In this document: positions 53,701 to 62,186 of the stretch, in pieces | Position numbering within the stretch: the first letter of the stretch is position 1 | How the letters are laid out: every line of letters starts with the position of its first letter | NCBI GenBank assembly: GCA_030390025.1 | Contig: CM059438.1 | Span: 77,438,001 to 77,502,000 of the forward strand | Length of the DNA stretch: 64,000 bases | Origin: Squalus acanthias | Lineage: Eukaryota | Direction of reading: 5' to 3' | Made by a program: the position numbers and the translations under genes | Notes under the pieces: generated by a model | Databases searched by the model: none | What the model was told of the DNA's origin: nothing | Seen by the model: the letters and a program-made list of their open reading frames with translations, nothing else

Positions 53701-56700
53701 GACATTCCAGTACAGTAATAGAGGGTATGCTCATTGTCAGAGGTAGCACCAATCCAGTAAGACCCATCATGTTTCCCTGATCAGGTGGTGCCTAAGCCAG
53801 CTACAAAAAGAAGACTGTAAGGCTGGTAATGTGGAGGGATGAGTCGAAATGGGCTGAAGGTCTATCTACATCCAAACCTGTCTTGCAATCTTGTGGGGAG
53901 AATTGAATTTTAAAATTTAATTATTGTACAGGAAACTCTTTATTAACCGGGACCGGCGTGGTGCCGGTTAATCAAAAAGTCCGGATAATGGAGAGTTATA
54001 TCTCCCAACGTACGAGAGCCCCGTACACACTGACATGCGCCTGCATTCGGAGCTCCGTCTCCCCGGGGACCGCCAGCTGACCATCTGTCGTGTCCGCTGC
54101 CTACCCGGGCTGCACATTCCCCTCCCAATCTACACGCTCCGATACAAGGCAAACGCCTCGGTTTTTTTTTAAAGGAGAGATGAAGGAAAACCCCGGTTAC
54201 CTACTCAAGAATTTTGCCGGTTAAGAGAGATTTCCGGTTATTTGGGTGCCGGTTAAAAGAGAGTTTCCTGTATCTAGATTGAACTGTGCAGCTCTAAATT
54301 TGGGTACAAATGTAACCCGAGTTTATGATTGAACAGTTTATTTTTAATCTGCCCTCCTGAGGATGTTTAAATCCCTTTTTGTTCTTGCTTTCACATTAAA
54401 AAATTGTGCTCTTCCTATTTGCTAGTTCTGGTTTAAATAGAAGTGAATTGAAGGGGTACGTTAAAGGTATTGATCCTTCCTGAAGAATTAAATCTAAATC
54501 AGGTGCTCATCGTTTTGTTGGGATGGGGCAAAAAGTTAGGTTCTATTAGGGATTTATTTTTTTTATTTGAATGAAGTTACCCTTAACTTATTCATTTCTA
54601 CACTACTTTACATGCAAATGTACTTTCCCCTGTGAGAAAAACGATTGATTGAAAACTTTGATTTTTAAAAGCACATTTATGAACTCAAACCATAGTTTTC
54701 ATGTATCTTGCTGGCTGGTAAGTATATCTGATTAAAGTGTAGAATTATTTTAATGAGAATTAACAAGTTTTTTTTAAATATAGGTTTTTGAAAGTGTAAT
54801 AACATTGCAATAATTTAGTCATAGTTGCTACATTTATGTTTATTGCAGAACATTTGAATTTATATTTAATTCTTTGATATATATATATATATATGTAATA
54901 AACAGTCTACAAACTTGCATTTTAACATTTTGTAGTTTGTTTTATGTTCCTTGTTTGCATGAGCTCGCCTCCAGTTGCATTGTTCCCTGTATTAATCAAT
55001 ACACTTCTGTGGCTGAAGTTCTCTTGCTTTTTCAAACTTATTTACTTCAATGTTTTATTACTCCTTCCTTTTCCTTCTCCGCTCTTGTCCTTCGTCTGAG
55101 CCCTTCCAGATGAATCATTACATGGTTTTTGATCTTAAAGGCTTTCCAAAGCAAAGTGAAGGTTGGTGAAGTGTGTGATCACTTCTGTAACTGCTGCATG
55201 CTAATGCCTGATTCACACTGATTTTAAGGTTCTGGGTTCGAATTGTTTCACTGGCAATTGGCTGATAGTTTCCTCTGAAGGTTTTCCTAGCTTGGTGTAT
55301 TAATAACTGTTATATCTGGTAATGCCATAGATGACCAGTGTTATTTCTTCTCTGAATACATTGGCCCAGAATTTGCTGGAGCAGGGCATCTCGGTGTGCC
55401 CTGTTAGACATGAGCTCAAAAATGTTTTGACCCACAAAGTTGCTGGAAGTACGAGCTGATAATGGCGCAGCGAGGGCAACAAGGTATCTGGGACCTTGGT
55501 GAACAACAGGACCAACAATGTATCTCTTTAATCAATGAGATTAAAGTATTGAGAAGAAGGGTGAATTAATGTACAGAAAGAGAAATGGAGGGAAAGGAAG
55601 ATTGGATTAAGAAAGAGAAAAAAGGCACAAAGGAAAAATAAGAATTTATTTTATCCAACTATTCACAACCTGAAGGAATGAGACTCCACACTTAATTGTT
55701 CACTTTCTGGACCGAAGCAGTTGATTGACAATCATTAACAATTATCATTTACTTAAAAGGGTACTTGCGCTGTTAATTACTCTACTTCACTTCCTGTGGT
55801 GAGATTCATGTGCAAATGCAGCAACTTCATGAAAATTATGGGGAGGTTACGGGCAAGATGCTTATTTCACGACGCTAACAGCGGAACACTACAAACCAGG
55901 CAGCAACTTGTGGCGATTTGCAATTCACGGGCTATTTCTTCCTTGCCACAAGTTGCTGGCCGATTTGCACATTAATATTTTTTTCAGCAAATTCTGGGCC
56001 ATTAAATCCAGTGTGGGCCACTAAGCAGTGAAAGCTAGCCCAGTACAGTATAGGAACACAGTTCACAAAGACTGCAAAGTTGCAGCCATCTCCTAATAGA
56101 ATAGAGAGTGGTTCCAACCCAGAATCTATAAGATGATTTTTGGTCAGTTTGACAGATTTCAGGCATTTTCCTGTTTTTTTGCACATAGAGGGACTGAGCC
56201 AATTTGAAGTGTTATATGTACTGATATTTGCAGTGAAGCCTGAAGGACTGCATACTAAGCTATGTTCTGCAAATCTCACTTATAATTAAAAAGGAGGAAA
56301 AATTAAGTGTTTATTAAGTAGGTTGAGGTCCAGTTGTATCCCACCCAGATATTTAGTTCTGTTTGACAGTGAAACAGAATCGTAGGAGGTATGAATGTAT
56401 TGAGTTGTTCCACTTGAAACTGTTTACATTACTTATCCCCATTAAATCAAGTGTGCCTCTTCTTTCTGTCAGTTATCCTTTTAATGGTGGTAGTTCTTCA
56501 TTTTTCCTTAACATAGAAAAGACCTATATGTATTACATAAACCTTGGAGTGGTTACACCTCATAGTGACTATGAATATTTATGTATTTTTGACTGTCGTA
56601 TCACATATCTAGATGAAACTTCTGCATAAACCTATATAATCTCTTGTATAGATTTCTGCTATAGCCAGGGAGAAATTGCCAAATTTCAAATTCCTATTTA

Positions 56701-57201
56701 GGATTGTAATATTCCTGATGCTGCTGTTTGCAGATTAATGTAACGTGACTCCTGGTTTACTGTTTGTTAGAACCAGTTTTATATTCATATTAAAAGTCTG
56801 CTCTCTCTCTCTCAAAATACCCTTAGTTGTGCATGATAGTAAATCTGTCAAAGTAACTGCATTTTTATGCTTGTGGTGTTGATTACACGATTTGTACAAG
56901 TTTGGTCTGGATGTTTGTTTGTGAAATGACAGTTGGTAGTATTTTGTGTAACTTGCTAACATTTGCTTGAAATCATCTGACTGCTTCATGTCATTCTGAT
57001 TTCAAGGTTCTTCTCCAACATCTCAACAGTAAATTATTTTTTTTTCTTCAAGCAGACCCAACCTTCCGAAGCCCTGCCAGTAAATGGGAACTAATTAATA
57101 GAGTTGATACAGCTGCCTTCAGTTGTGGTTTCAGCAAAGAGACTTGCTCTGCTTCTGAAGAAAAATTTGACTCCTTGACCTCATCATTTTGCAGCTATTG
57201 A
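2631..57201 (+). CDS. CDK5RAP2: CDK5 regulatory subunit-associated protein 2 (CEP215, centrosomin family); 3' part of a multi-exon gene whose 5' end lies upstream of the window
   Basis: 27 GT-AG exons chain in frame (one phase conflict) into a long coiled-coil protein. Diagnostic peptides: [13 protein letters not shown]...[19 protein letters not shown]...[34 protein letters not shown] and [13 protein letters not shown]. By recall these are closer to CDK5RAP2 than to the paralogue PDE4DIP (which has KSFEDLLRSNDIDY). Confidence 0.88.
3541..3655 (+). CDS. CDK5RAP2: CDK5RAP2 coding exon, [38 protein letters not shown]
   Basis: Acceptor tgttttctag in phase 1 matches the previous exon; donor AG|gtgaag is phase 2 (see finding on the phase conflict). 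Confidence 0.7.
3817..3960 (+). CDS. CDK5RAP2: CDK5RAP2 coding exon, [22 protein letters not shown]...AAQIK (alternative start 3783)
   Basis: Acceptor gtccag, donor AAG|gtgaag; heptad pattern. Confidence 0.7.
4538..4630 (+). CDS. CDK5RAP2: CDK5RAP2 coding exon, [31 protein letters not shown]
   Basis: Pyrimidine tract plus catatag acceptor; donor TTG|gtagga; 93 nt, phase 0-0. Confidence 0.75.
5264..5652 (+). CDS. CDK5RAP2: CDK5RAP2 coding exon, [13 protein letters not shown]...VSSVSELR
   Basis: Overlaps ORF 5267-5704; cag acceptor, donor AG|gtgggt (phase 2). Confidence 0.75.
6320..6800 (+). CDS. CDK5RAP2: CDK5RAP2 coding exon, [14 protein letters not shown]...[17 protein letters not shown]...SAIPVAIT
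   Basis: Acceptor cttttctag|G completes the Arg codon; donor ACA|gtaagt. Confidence 0.85.
6966..9497 (-). mobile_element. Full-length hAT DNA transposon with a frameshifted transposase
   Basis: TIRs TAGGGTTGCAAA...TTTGCAACCCTA; perfect 8-bp TSD CTTAGTAT at 6958-6965 and 9498-9505. ORF pieces show a BED finger (CKHC...HLSKC), [23 protein letters not shown] and WWKG motifs. Confidence 0.93.
7210..9042 (-). pseudogene. hAT transposase remnant (BED zinc finger, DUF659-like and hATC-like regions)
   Basis: Starts [12 protein letters not shown] at 9042; split across ORFs 8848-9174, 7918-8769 and 7432-7908 by frameshifts; the 3' end is approximate. Confidence 0.8.
10156..10393 (+). CDS. CDK5RAP2: CDK5RAP2 coding exon with the SRLP (SxIP-type, EB1-binding) motif
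   Basis: Acceptor ttattcag, donor G|gtaagt; peptide [16 protein letters not shown]. Confidence 0.85.
12049..12165 (+). CDS. CDK5RAP2: CDK5RAP2 coding exon, [39 protein letters not shown]
   Basis: Acceptor ttctgtag, donor G|gtagat; phase 1-1; centrosomin/myomegalin family motif DLGYETCG. Confidence 0.88.
12781..13486 (+). CDS. CDK5RAP2: CDK5RAP2 coding exon (706 nt), ...[19 protein letters not shown]...AAASPAQK
   Basis: Acceptor ttccccccag; covers most of ORF 12864-13490; donor AA|gtaaat. Confidence 0.85.
13560..14815 (+). mobile_element. tRNA-headed SINE (Meta-core-like) interrupted by CR1 insertions
   Basis: Core tccttcagggaagggaacctgcc...ggtctggcc and tail ctagggataggtaataaatgaggccttgcc; a related copy lies on - at 44870-45180. 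Confidence 0.5.
13641..14310 (-). mobile_element. CR1 (HER1-type) LINE 3' fragment
   Basis: Peptide [38 protein letters not shown] plus tail aacataagaaataggagcaggagtaggcc; a second tail at about 14350-14512. Confidence 0.9.
16170..16402 (+). CDS. CDK5RAP2: CDK5RAP2 coding exon, [61 protein letters not shown]
   Basis: Acceptor ttacttag|G, donor G|gtaagc; strongly conserved family block. Confidence 0.92.
17220..18270 (+). mobile_element. Degraded L2-clade LINE fragment
   Basis: Remnants of YADxxQLYLS, LNIEKTEAI and NLGVLF motifs; 3' tail aaagcactatataaat. Confidence 0.7.
19321..20350 (-). mobile_element. CR1 LINE 3' fragment
   Basis: ORFs 19507-19713 and 19883-20113 ([13 protein letters not shown]); CR1 tail at 19321. 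Confidence 0.9.
20527..22440 (-). mobile_element. Young, 5'-truncated CR1 LINE with an uninterrupted reverse transcriptase frame
   Basis: 542-aa ORF with [37 protein letters not shown] and FADD motifs. Confidence 0.95.
23202..23250 (+). CDS. CDK5RAP2: CDK5RAP2 small exon, [16 protein letters not shown]
   Basis: Long pyrimidine tract plus gcag; donor AG|gtaggt; bridges phase 1 to phase 2. Confidence 0.75.
24690..25082 (+). mobile_element. tRNA-derived Deu-domain SINE (SacSINE1-like)
   Basis: A/B boxes (gtggctcaatgg, ggttcaagtccc), core gatcccatggcact...gtgtcctggccaa, and L2-like tail aaggcgcgatataaatgc. Confidence 0.8.
25750..26632 (+). mobile_element. Deu-domain SINE split by a hAT MITE
   Basis: SINE head at 25750-25860 resumes at 26467 (tgctgtcttttggatga...tcctggccaac). 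Confidence 0.65.
25867..26458. mobile_element. hAT (Charlie-like) non-autonomous element
   Basis: TIR CAGGGGTTC...GAACCCCTG; 8-bp flanks ATCTAAGG and GTCTAAGG (7 of 8 match). Confidence 0.75.
27502..27639 (+). CDS. CDK5RAP2: CDK5RAP2 symmetric (phase 2-2) exon, [26 protein letters not shown]...
   Basis: Pyrimidine tract plus ctag; donor CA|gtaagt; 138 nt; coiled coil. Confidence 0.78.
28604..28851 (+). CDS. CDK5RAP2: CDK5RAP2 coding exon, [19 protein letters not shown]...HKSP
   Basis: Acceptor ttccgcag, donor G|gtaagt. Confidence 0.85.
28975..29180 (-). mobile_element. Deu-domain SINE 3' fragment
   Basis: gcagccaatttgcacacagcaaggtcccacaaacagcaatg is a diverged reverse-complement match to the 24.9-kb SINE body. 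Confidence 0.7.
29886..30209. repeat. Inverted repeat (arms of about 55-60 bp, spacer about 210 bp)
   Basis: tcatttttataatatccatcacca-tgattaacaaaatctgcca recurs reverse-complemented at 30161-30209 with a 6-nt indel. Confidence 0.85.
31440..31580 (+). CDS. CDK5RAP2: CDK5RAP2 low-complexity exon, [13 protein letters not shown]...GKTQLL
   Basis: Acceptor cattag, donor G|gtttgt; open 141 nt, phase 1-1. Confidence 0.6.
34706..35023 (+). CDS. CDK5RAP2: CDK5RAP2 coding exon, ...[36 protein letters not shown]...
   Basis: Acceptor tacag, donor G|gtaata; phase 1-1. Confidence 0.82.
35050..36660 (-). mobile_element. Degraded L2-clade LINE
   Basis: Peptide [10 protein letters not shown]...[10 protein letters not shown] (ORF 35228-35491); tail aacttgcatttatatagcgc. 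Confidence 0.7.
37691..37816 (+). CDS. CDK5RAP2: CDK5RAP2 coding exon, [42 protein letters not shown]
   Basis: Acceptor gtgcttag, donor G|gtgagc; family motif [17 protein letters not shown]. Confidence 0.9.
38118..38252 (-). mobile_element. Penelope-like element terminal-repeat fragment containing a hammerhead-like motif
   Basis: aatactgcggatgctggaaat...gttaacgtttcaggtcgaagaccttttgtcagaact; degraded relatives at about 3245-3455 and 15785-15900. Confidence 0.65.
38483..38599 (+). CDS. CDK5RAP2: CDK5RAP2 coding exon, [39 protein letters not shown]
   Basis: Acceptor ccttcag, donor G|gtaggt. Confidence 0.88.
39905..40692 (+). mobile_element. CR1 LINE 3' fragment nested in an older opposite-strand CR1 (about 39370-41110)
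   Basis: ORF 40036-40272 encodes a CR1 peptide; tail ctcctatttcttatgttcttatg; the flanks are degraded minus-strand CR1. Confidence 0.85.
42273..42462 (+). CDS. CDK5RAP2: CDK5RAP2 coding exon, [16 protein letters not shown]...SRDEINR
   Basis: Acceptor ttttgcag, donor AG|gtaatg. Confidence 0.88.
42816..42928 (+). CDS. CDK5RAP2: CDK5RAP2 coding exon, [32 protein letters not shown]
   Basis: Acceptor ttacag|G, donor G|gtatta; [13 protein letters not shown] motif. Confidence 0.88.
44371..44628 (+). CDS. CDK5RAP2: CDK5RAP2 coding exon, ...[34 protein letters not shown]...
   Basis: Acceptor cctgcag, donor G|gtaaag. Confidence 0.88.
44870..45180 (-). mobile_element. tRNA-headed SINE (Meta-core-like)
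   Basis: gagagtcaaccac...ggccagac...ccctgaaggacattagtgacccagttgggttttt. Confidence 0.55.
45708..45845 (+). CDS. CDK5RAP2: CDK5RAP2 exon, [26 protein letters not shown]...FRIP
   Basis: Branch-point-like tactaat plus gacag acceptor; donor G|gtctgt; open 138 nt, phase 1-1. Confidence 0.65.
46711..46967 (+). CDS. CDK5RAP2: CDK5RAP2 coding exon, ...[33 protein letters not shown]...
   Basis: Acceptor catcttag, donor AAG|gtaaag; conserved C-terminal block. Confidence 0.9.
48249..48395 (+). CDS. CDK5RAP2: CDK5RAP2 coding exon, ...[20 protein letters not shown]...
   Basis: Acceptor ctccag, donor CAG|gtacca. Confidence 0.9.
48530..49030 (-). mobile_element. CR1 LINE 3' fragment
   Basis: ORF 48619-48921 with RTRGHSLRI...[15 protein letters not shown]. 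Confidence 0.9.
49774..49912 (+). CDS. CDK5RAP2: CDK5RAP2 CM2-region exon, [46 protein letters not shown]
   Basis: Acceptor cccctttag, donor C|gttagt. Confidence 0.9.
50502..50548 (+). CDS. CDK5RAP2: CDK5RAP2 CM2 end exon, [16 protein letters not shown]
   Basis: Acceptor ctcttaaag, donor GAG|gtgagt; centrosomin motif 2 signature THxVLKKARxNLE. Confidence 0.92.
50720..52820. mobile_element. Cluster of nested CR1 fragments (+ 50720-51160; - 51160-51500 and 52440-52820; + 51501-52437)
   Basis: CR1 peptides in ORFs 51944-52342 and 52523-52900; TATCTG duplicated around the inner + copy. Confidence 0.85.
51832..51868 (-). ncRNA. Minimal type I hammerhead ribozyme motif (Penelope-like element type)
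   Basis: Minus strand reads UCAC-CUGACGA-A-GGAGC-AGC-GCUCC-GAAAGCUU-GUGA; it lies in a 92-bp insert flanked by the 12-bp TSD GAACCTTGGTTA. Confidence 0.65.
53929..54270. mobile_element. Tc1/mariner (Tigger/pogo-like) MITE
   Basis: 22-bp TIRs (left CAGGAAACTCTTTATTAACCGG, two mismatches to the right copy) with TA on both flanks. Confidence 0.85.
55110..55161 (+). CDS. CDK5RAP2: Candidate alternative 52-nt exon, [17 protein letters not shown] (phase 0-1)
   Basis: Long pyrimidine tract plus ttccag; donor G|gttggt; would shift the frame of the last exon. Confidence 0.55.
55363..56000. mobile_element. PIF/Harbinger-like MITE
   Basis: Perfect 16-bp TIR GGCCCAGAATTTGCTG and 3-bp TSD ATT. Confidence 0.8.
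57056..57201 (+). CDS. CDK5RAP2: Terminal coding exon: [12 protein letters not shown] (stop at 57092-57094) or [18 protein letters not shown]...SSFCSY* (stop at 57199-57201)
   Basis: T-rich tract plus tcaagcag (tandem AAG/CAG acceptor); both frames open to a stop; followed by AT-rich UTR-like sequence. Confidence 0.6.
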
Positions 57202-58067
57202 AAATAATCTTCTTAAAGCAGCCTGTCGGTTTGCAGGTTGAAATGCTGATTTTTTTTTTTTTTTGTAATGTTATTTTTGCCTGGAAATTAGCTTTTTTGC
57301 ACAAAGAGTGCGGAACTGTTTCTGCATGTCTACCAGTAAAAATGTTAGATGTAACCTTAAGTACTTTTCAGAGACCGTAGCAGTTGGAACAGTACAGATG
57401 AAATATCGCAGACATAAAAAGAGTGAAATGTTAAAGGGATTTTTTTTTAAGTGAGATTGTAGAAATGGACTGTTTTAAAATTGTTGTATTTAAAGTGTTT
57501 TAAAAAATTATGTAGACCTTCAGAAATGTTGAAACATTTCAGACCTCAAATAATTTAGAAGAAACCTTTGTACATTCCCTCTGTTCAGCAATAATTGTAG
57601 TGTGTAAAAATCTATTTTGTAAATAATCCAGAGGTTGTGTGAATGTGTGATTATCGTATTGTGCTGTTGTATAATGTTTCTTTCCTGGCTACTGAGATGT
57701 TTATAAGGTACTGCCTTGGCCTTAAAATTGATTCTTTTTAATATCCTTGTTTGTGTTTTTATTGTAAAGAATTTATGTAGAAGATTCCAAATTGTGAAAT
57801 GGAGACTGCCTTACTGTACATTTTACTGGAATGTATGGACTTCAATCTGTTCTCTATTTTTCAAAATACATTTTATATCTTTACTGAATTTGTTGTCCAG
57901 TTTTTTCTGTTTCTTGATATTTATAAAATTGCATTCAAAGGAGGCTTAAAATATTTTTACGTGTTACTTTCTAAATCTGGAGTATAGAGATAAAAGTACC
58001 ACTGTATACTCCCAAAAACTTTAGCATACAAGTTAACAAAACTCTCCTTGGATTCCCAAGTCTAGAA

Positions 58068-58073
58068 AATAAA
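58068..58073 (+). promoter_or_regulatory. Candidate polyadenylation signal (AATAAA) for CDK5RAP2
   Basis: AATAAA about 0.9 kb after the stop codon, followed by T/GT-rich sequence. Confidence 0.35.
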
Positions 58074-59754
58074 AGTTTTTGTACTCTGATTCTTCCGATG
58101 GAGCTAGTAGCATCTTCATTGGATTCTTCAGCAGATCCCCAACTAAAAGCAGCCAGGGACCAGTCGGTGCCTCCAACTCCACACAAGCACAAACTGCAGC
58201 TCCTAGAAGTATTAGGGGGCAGAATACAGCGCAGCATGCATCGTGGCTTCCAGACCTCTTGTGCCTCCTATGCACATGTCCTCTAATACCCTCATTTGAC
58301 CTGTGCTGCCTGTATAGTCGATCAGGGTCGGTAATATCTGGTGAGTTGCATCCTCTTAAATGTTGACTGAGTTTCCTTCGCTCCATTCTGTGCTACTCCT
58401 CATGATAATGGCATACAAGAGTATGCCCAGAGGGAATTGCATACCTGTTCTTGAGAAGCCTGACTCGGTGAGTGGGAAGTCCTAAAGTCTGATGGGCAGA
58501 AGCAGGTTTGGGTGCTAATCAGCAGAATTGCAAAAAAAATCTCTTAATCATTTCCTAGCTGCAGAAATTCAAAATCTCCAGATTCTTCTGCCAGGAACTC
58601 ATTTTCCGCTTTGATCAAGTGATCCTGCTAGTTGCTGTGCCTCATGTATCCCAGTCTCGAAGTTGCTCAGAGTGCATTAACAGTGCAAAACCAGGGAACT
58701 CCGAGCTGCTGTGCCACTGACCCTCACTTTGACGAATGGGAATTTGGCAGCCGGATTGTGGGAAGACACATCTAGCACAAGAGAACTAATGGTGGAAAAT
58801 GGGCAGAAAAGGCTTGCACCTGCTTTTCCTGCCTAAAATAAATGTCCAACATTGTTTAAACAATGCTAACGCACTGAAAACAGCAAGGAAAGTCACCTTG
58901 TCTTAGGAGCCAAGATACTAAAAAAAAGTGTTGTTTGGACCAGCATATATATATGAAACTTGTGAGCTATAATGAGTAAGCACATTCAATTTCAGTTTGT
59001 CTTGCAATTAATACAGTTTGCAGTGGTTTATTTACAATGATCTGAAATGTAGTGTGAGCATCCACTACAAGCTTTAATACAAAGCAACAATTGCAACATA
59101 AACACATTTGCAAGAAAATTATTTCAGCAGTATTAGCAATTATGTTAATGTTGTAATTCTTTATTCAAAACTTTGATATCATGCAGCAAGTTTTAATATA
59201 AATTTCACTATTGGTTTTATTGCACTATAGCCCATAATGTGCCACTATTCAACAGTTCACAGTTAACAAAGCAGTTCCTGAACAGAGATTAAATAACCTT
59301 TAAGAGTTGTTGCCTTATATTTTTCATAAAGGCCAAAATGAATCATCGTGTGTATTTGAATAATGGACTTCACTCCTCCTATACTTAGACACTAAATTAA
59401 CTACTCCCGCAGCTCGTTTCCGTGTCTCATTTTCACAGCTGGAGATCCAACTTCAAATGCAGATCTTCAGATTATTGGAACCTTGCATAGACTGAATTTT
59501 GTAGCTTATTGTTTGTGATTGGATTTTTCCACAGCCTACGCCTCCATGCTCAACATTAACTTCAAACAGTGCCTAATAAATTATATTACAACCAAGAAAA
59601 GCAACAATATATACAGCTAGTTGATCCGGTTGCTTCAGTGCAAGGGGAAAAATGCCCAAATTTTGAAAACAGTAAAATTGTGGGGTTTTTTAAAACTGCT
59701 TTTCTGTGTGGCAGTCGAGCTATACTGCAGCAACAGTCTACAATACTGATAACG

Positions 59755-60455
59755 TGTCCTGGAGTGCATGTCCACAGATCCCTGAAGGTAGCAGGCCAAG
59801 TAGATAAGGTGGTTAAGAAGGCATACGGAATGCTTGCCTTTATTAGCCGTGGCATAGAATATAAGAGCGGGGGGGGGGTTATGCTTCAACTGTATAAAAC
59901 ACTAGTTAGGCCTCCGCTAGAGTACTGTGTGCAGTTCTGGTCACCACATTACAGGAAAGATGTGATTGCACTAGAGAGGGTACAGAGGAGATTTACAAGG
60001 ATGTTGCCGGGAGTAGAGAATCTTAGCTATGAGGAAAGACTGGATAGGCTGGGTTTGTTTTCCTTGGAACAGAGGAGGCTGAGGAGAGACCTTATTGAGG
60101 TGTATAAAATTATGAGGGGCATAGATAAAGTGGATAGAAAGGACCTATTTCCCTTAGCAGAGGGGTCAAAACCAGGGGGCACAGATTTAAAGTAATTGGG
60201 GGAAGGATTTGAGGGGAAATTTCTTCACCCAGAGGGTTGTGGGGATCTGGAACTCACTGCCTGAAAGGGTGGTAGAGGCAGGAACCCTAACCACATTTAA
60301 AAAGTACTTGGATGTGCACTTGGGATGTTCTAACCTGCAGGGCTACGGACCAAGAGCTGGAAAGTGGGATTAGGCTGGATAGCTCTTTGTTGGTCGGCGC
60401 GGACACGATGGGCCGAAATGGCCTCCTTCCGTGCTGTAACTTTCTATGATTATAG
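59755..60455 (+). mobile_element. CR1 LINE 3' fragment
   Basis: ORF 59569-60195 becomes a CR1 peptide from GVHVHRSLKV onward; tail gggccgaaatggcctccttccgtgctgtaactttctatg. Confidence 0.9.
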
Positions 60456-61789
60456 GAAAGGTGAACATAGTCACTGGAACTGCATAAAATTATTTTCATT
60501 CCCTCATCCATTAATCTGCAAATTAGTATTGTATCTTTCAATTAACAATTTCATTAGTTATTCTCCACATACCAGATTACGAGCTGCACTGCAGATTGAC
60601 AGGGAGATTCCCCGTAGGAAATCCCGAGGCCACATCTCAACAGCTAACTTTACACATGCTACTCTTAATTTGTAGAAAATCAACCACCAGGAGTCATCTG
60701 GGCATTTAACCAAACATTAGGATCTGCCTTGGATGATAAGCCTCCTCCTTCCTCCTCTTCCCACTTTAGACAAAGGAGCCAGAATGATGAGAGACACCTC
60801 ACTCAGTATGTGGAGGGTATCAAAATAATCTAGATCACTGAAACAATGCGGACTTAATCCACCACTTGAAATTGCCAAACTCAGCTGCACCACAGCATGA
60901 AGCTGTTGATGAGCAAAAGATTTTTCCCACAGTAAGCTGCTGGAAGGCATACAGAAACATTAGCATAGAGACCTGGCACCAAATTGCCAGCCTGTCCTCT
61001 CTGCTGCAAGTGCTGCAGGGGCTAGGAAAACCTCAAGAAGGTGAAATACCCTTTCAAAAAAAGGTGGATAGTTCACTTAGGATGGAAACAAAATTAACCT
61101 CTACATAGCATATTTTCTAACTTCCCTTCCTTCGGACTTTAATATGGACCAATGCCTAGATTATGCAATCTATCTTCTATACAAATGTCTGCAGCACCAT
61201 ATTTTAGTCATGATATGCACCCTGCTGTGCTGTAATGACAACCTAAATTTGTTTCCATGTTAAAAATGTCTACTGTATTGCATTTAAAAAAACTAAACAT
61301 GTTCCATTTGTAGGTAACCTAGGATCATGGAAGATTCATCAACAAATCTCATGCTTCTGGCATGTTTTGACTGAAAGGACTGTTTGATAACATCCCGCTA
61401 CTGAATAGGAAAGTGAAGGCAAGTATAGTTTGGATGAAAAGCTTCACAGGACAAGAATCTCTCCGATTTCCTTAATGCACATTTTATCTTGCCCTAGTAT
61501 GTAGAGAGTAACCTTTTTGAGAATGTGGAATATGATACTAAGCCAAAGCTGCAGGCCATGAGGTAAGTAGAGAGATTCCCTTTTACTCTTTGTTTCTGTA
61601 GAACATTTTCTAATCTAATTGTTATTGGAATTCTAAAAGATCACGTAATTTAGTAGATTTTTTATATAGAATTTTTAAATTCTTTAAAATGGATTATACC
61701 AAATGCCTCTCTGAAGCAGTATCGTCGCTCTGTCTCTAATCATTAAAAAGTAAAACTTTTGAATTGTTTGGAATGTTCTTTACAGACAC

Positions 61790-61795
61790 TTTATT
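61790..61795 (-). promoter_or_regulatory. Candidate polyadenylation signal of the MLLE gene
   Basis: tttatt on + (AATAAA on -), about 285 nt downstream of the stop codon. Confidence 0.4.
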
Positions 61796-62079
61796 GATAA
61801 TTTGTTACTGGGGTTGTGCAATATGCAATTCCAAGCCACCCAAAGTAGATAAATAAATGCCCAGCAGTTCAAAGACAGAACTACTGGTACAAGAAAGCCG
61901 GCAATTTAAAGCTCTTCACTGTTCAATCAACTTATATACCATAAATTGCTCTGTGACTTGCTAGTTTCTTAAATTGATCATCCAAATTAAAACATGGAAA
62001 TTGATGCTGCAGCTGCGATTGCTTTGTAATTTATAGATCATTGTGGGATTTATTAAGTTCCTAACAACTAATCACGTTT

Positions 62080-62186
62080 TCAGCCATCTTTGAGTGCTAA
62101 AGCAGCAATTTGGATCTTCTCGTTCAGTTGTTCTGGTGATTTCAGCAGTTCTGCTAAGCTGTTGCGCGGCATCTCGAGCAACATAC
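62080..62186 (-). CDS. Last coding exon of the tandem-MLLE gene, (G)MLLEMPRNSLAELLKSPEQLNEKIQIAALALKDG*
   Basis: Acceptor tcttctttag|GT ATG TTG CTC GAG completes RITG-MLLE in frame; TGA at 62082-62080; too short for the ORF track. Confidence 0.85.

Noticed and set aside
2631-57201. Calling the main gene PDE4DIP (myomegalin)
   Set aside because: Family motifs are shared, but [18 protein letters not shown], SRDKQxENxKLxESLS, SRLP and WADKNG match recalled CDK5RAP2 better.
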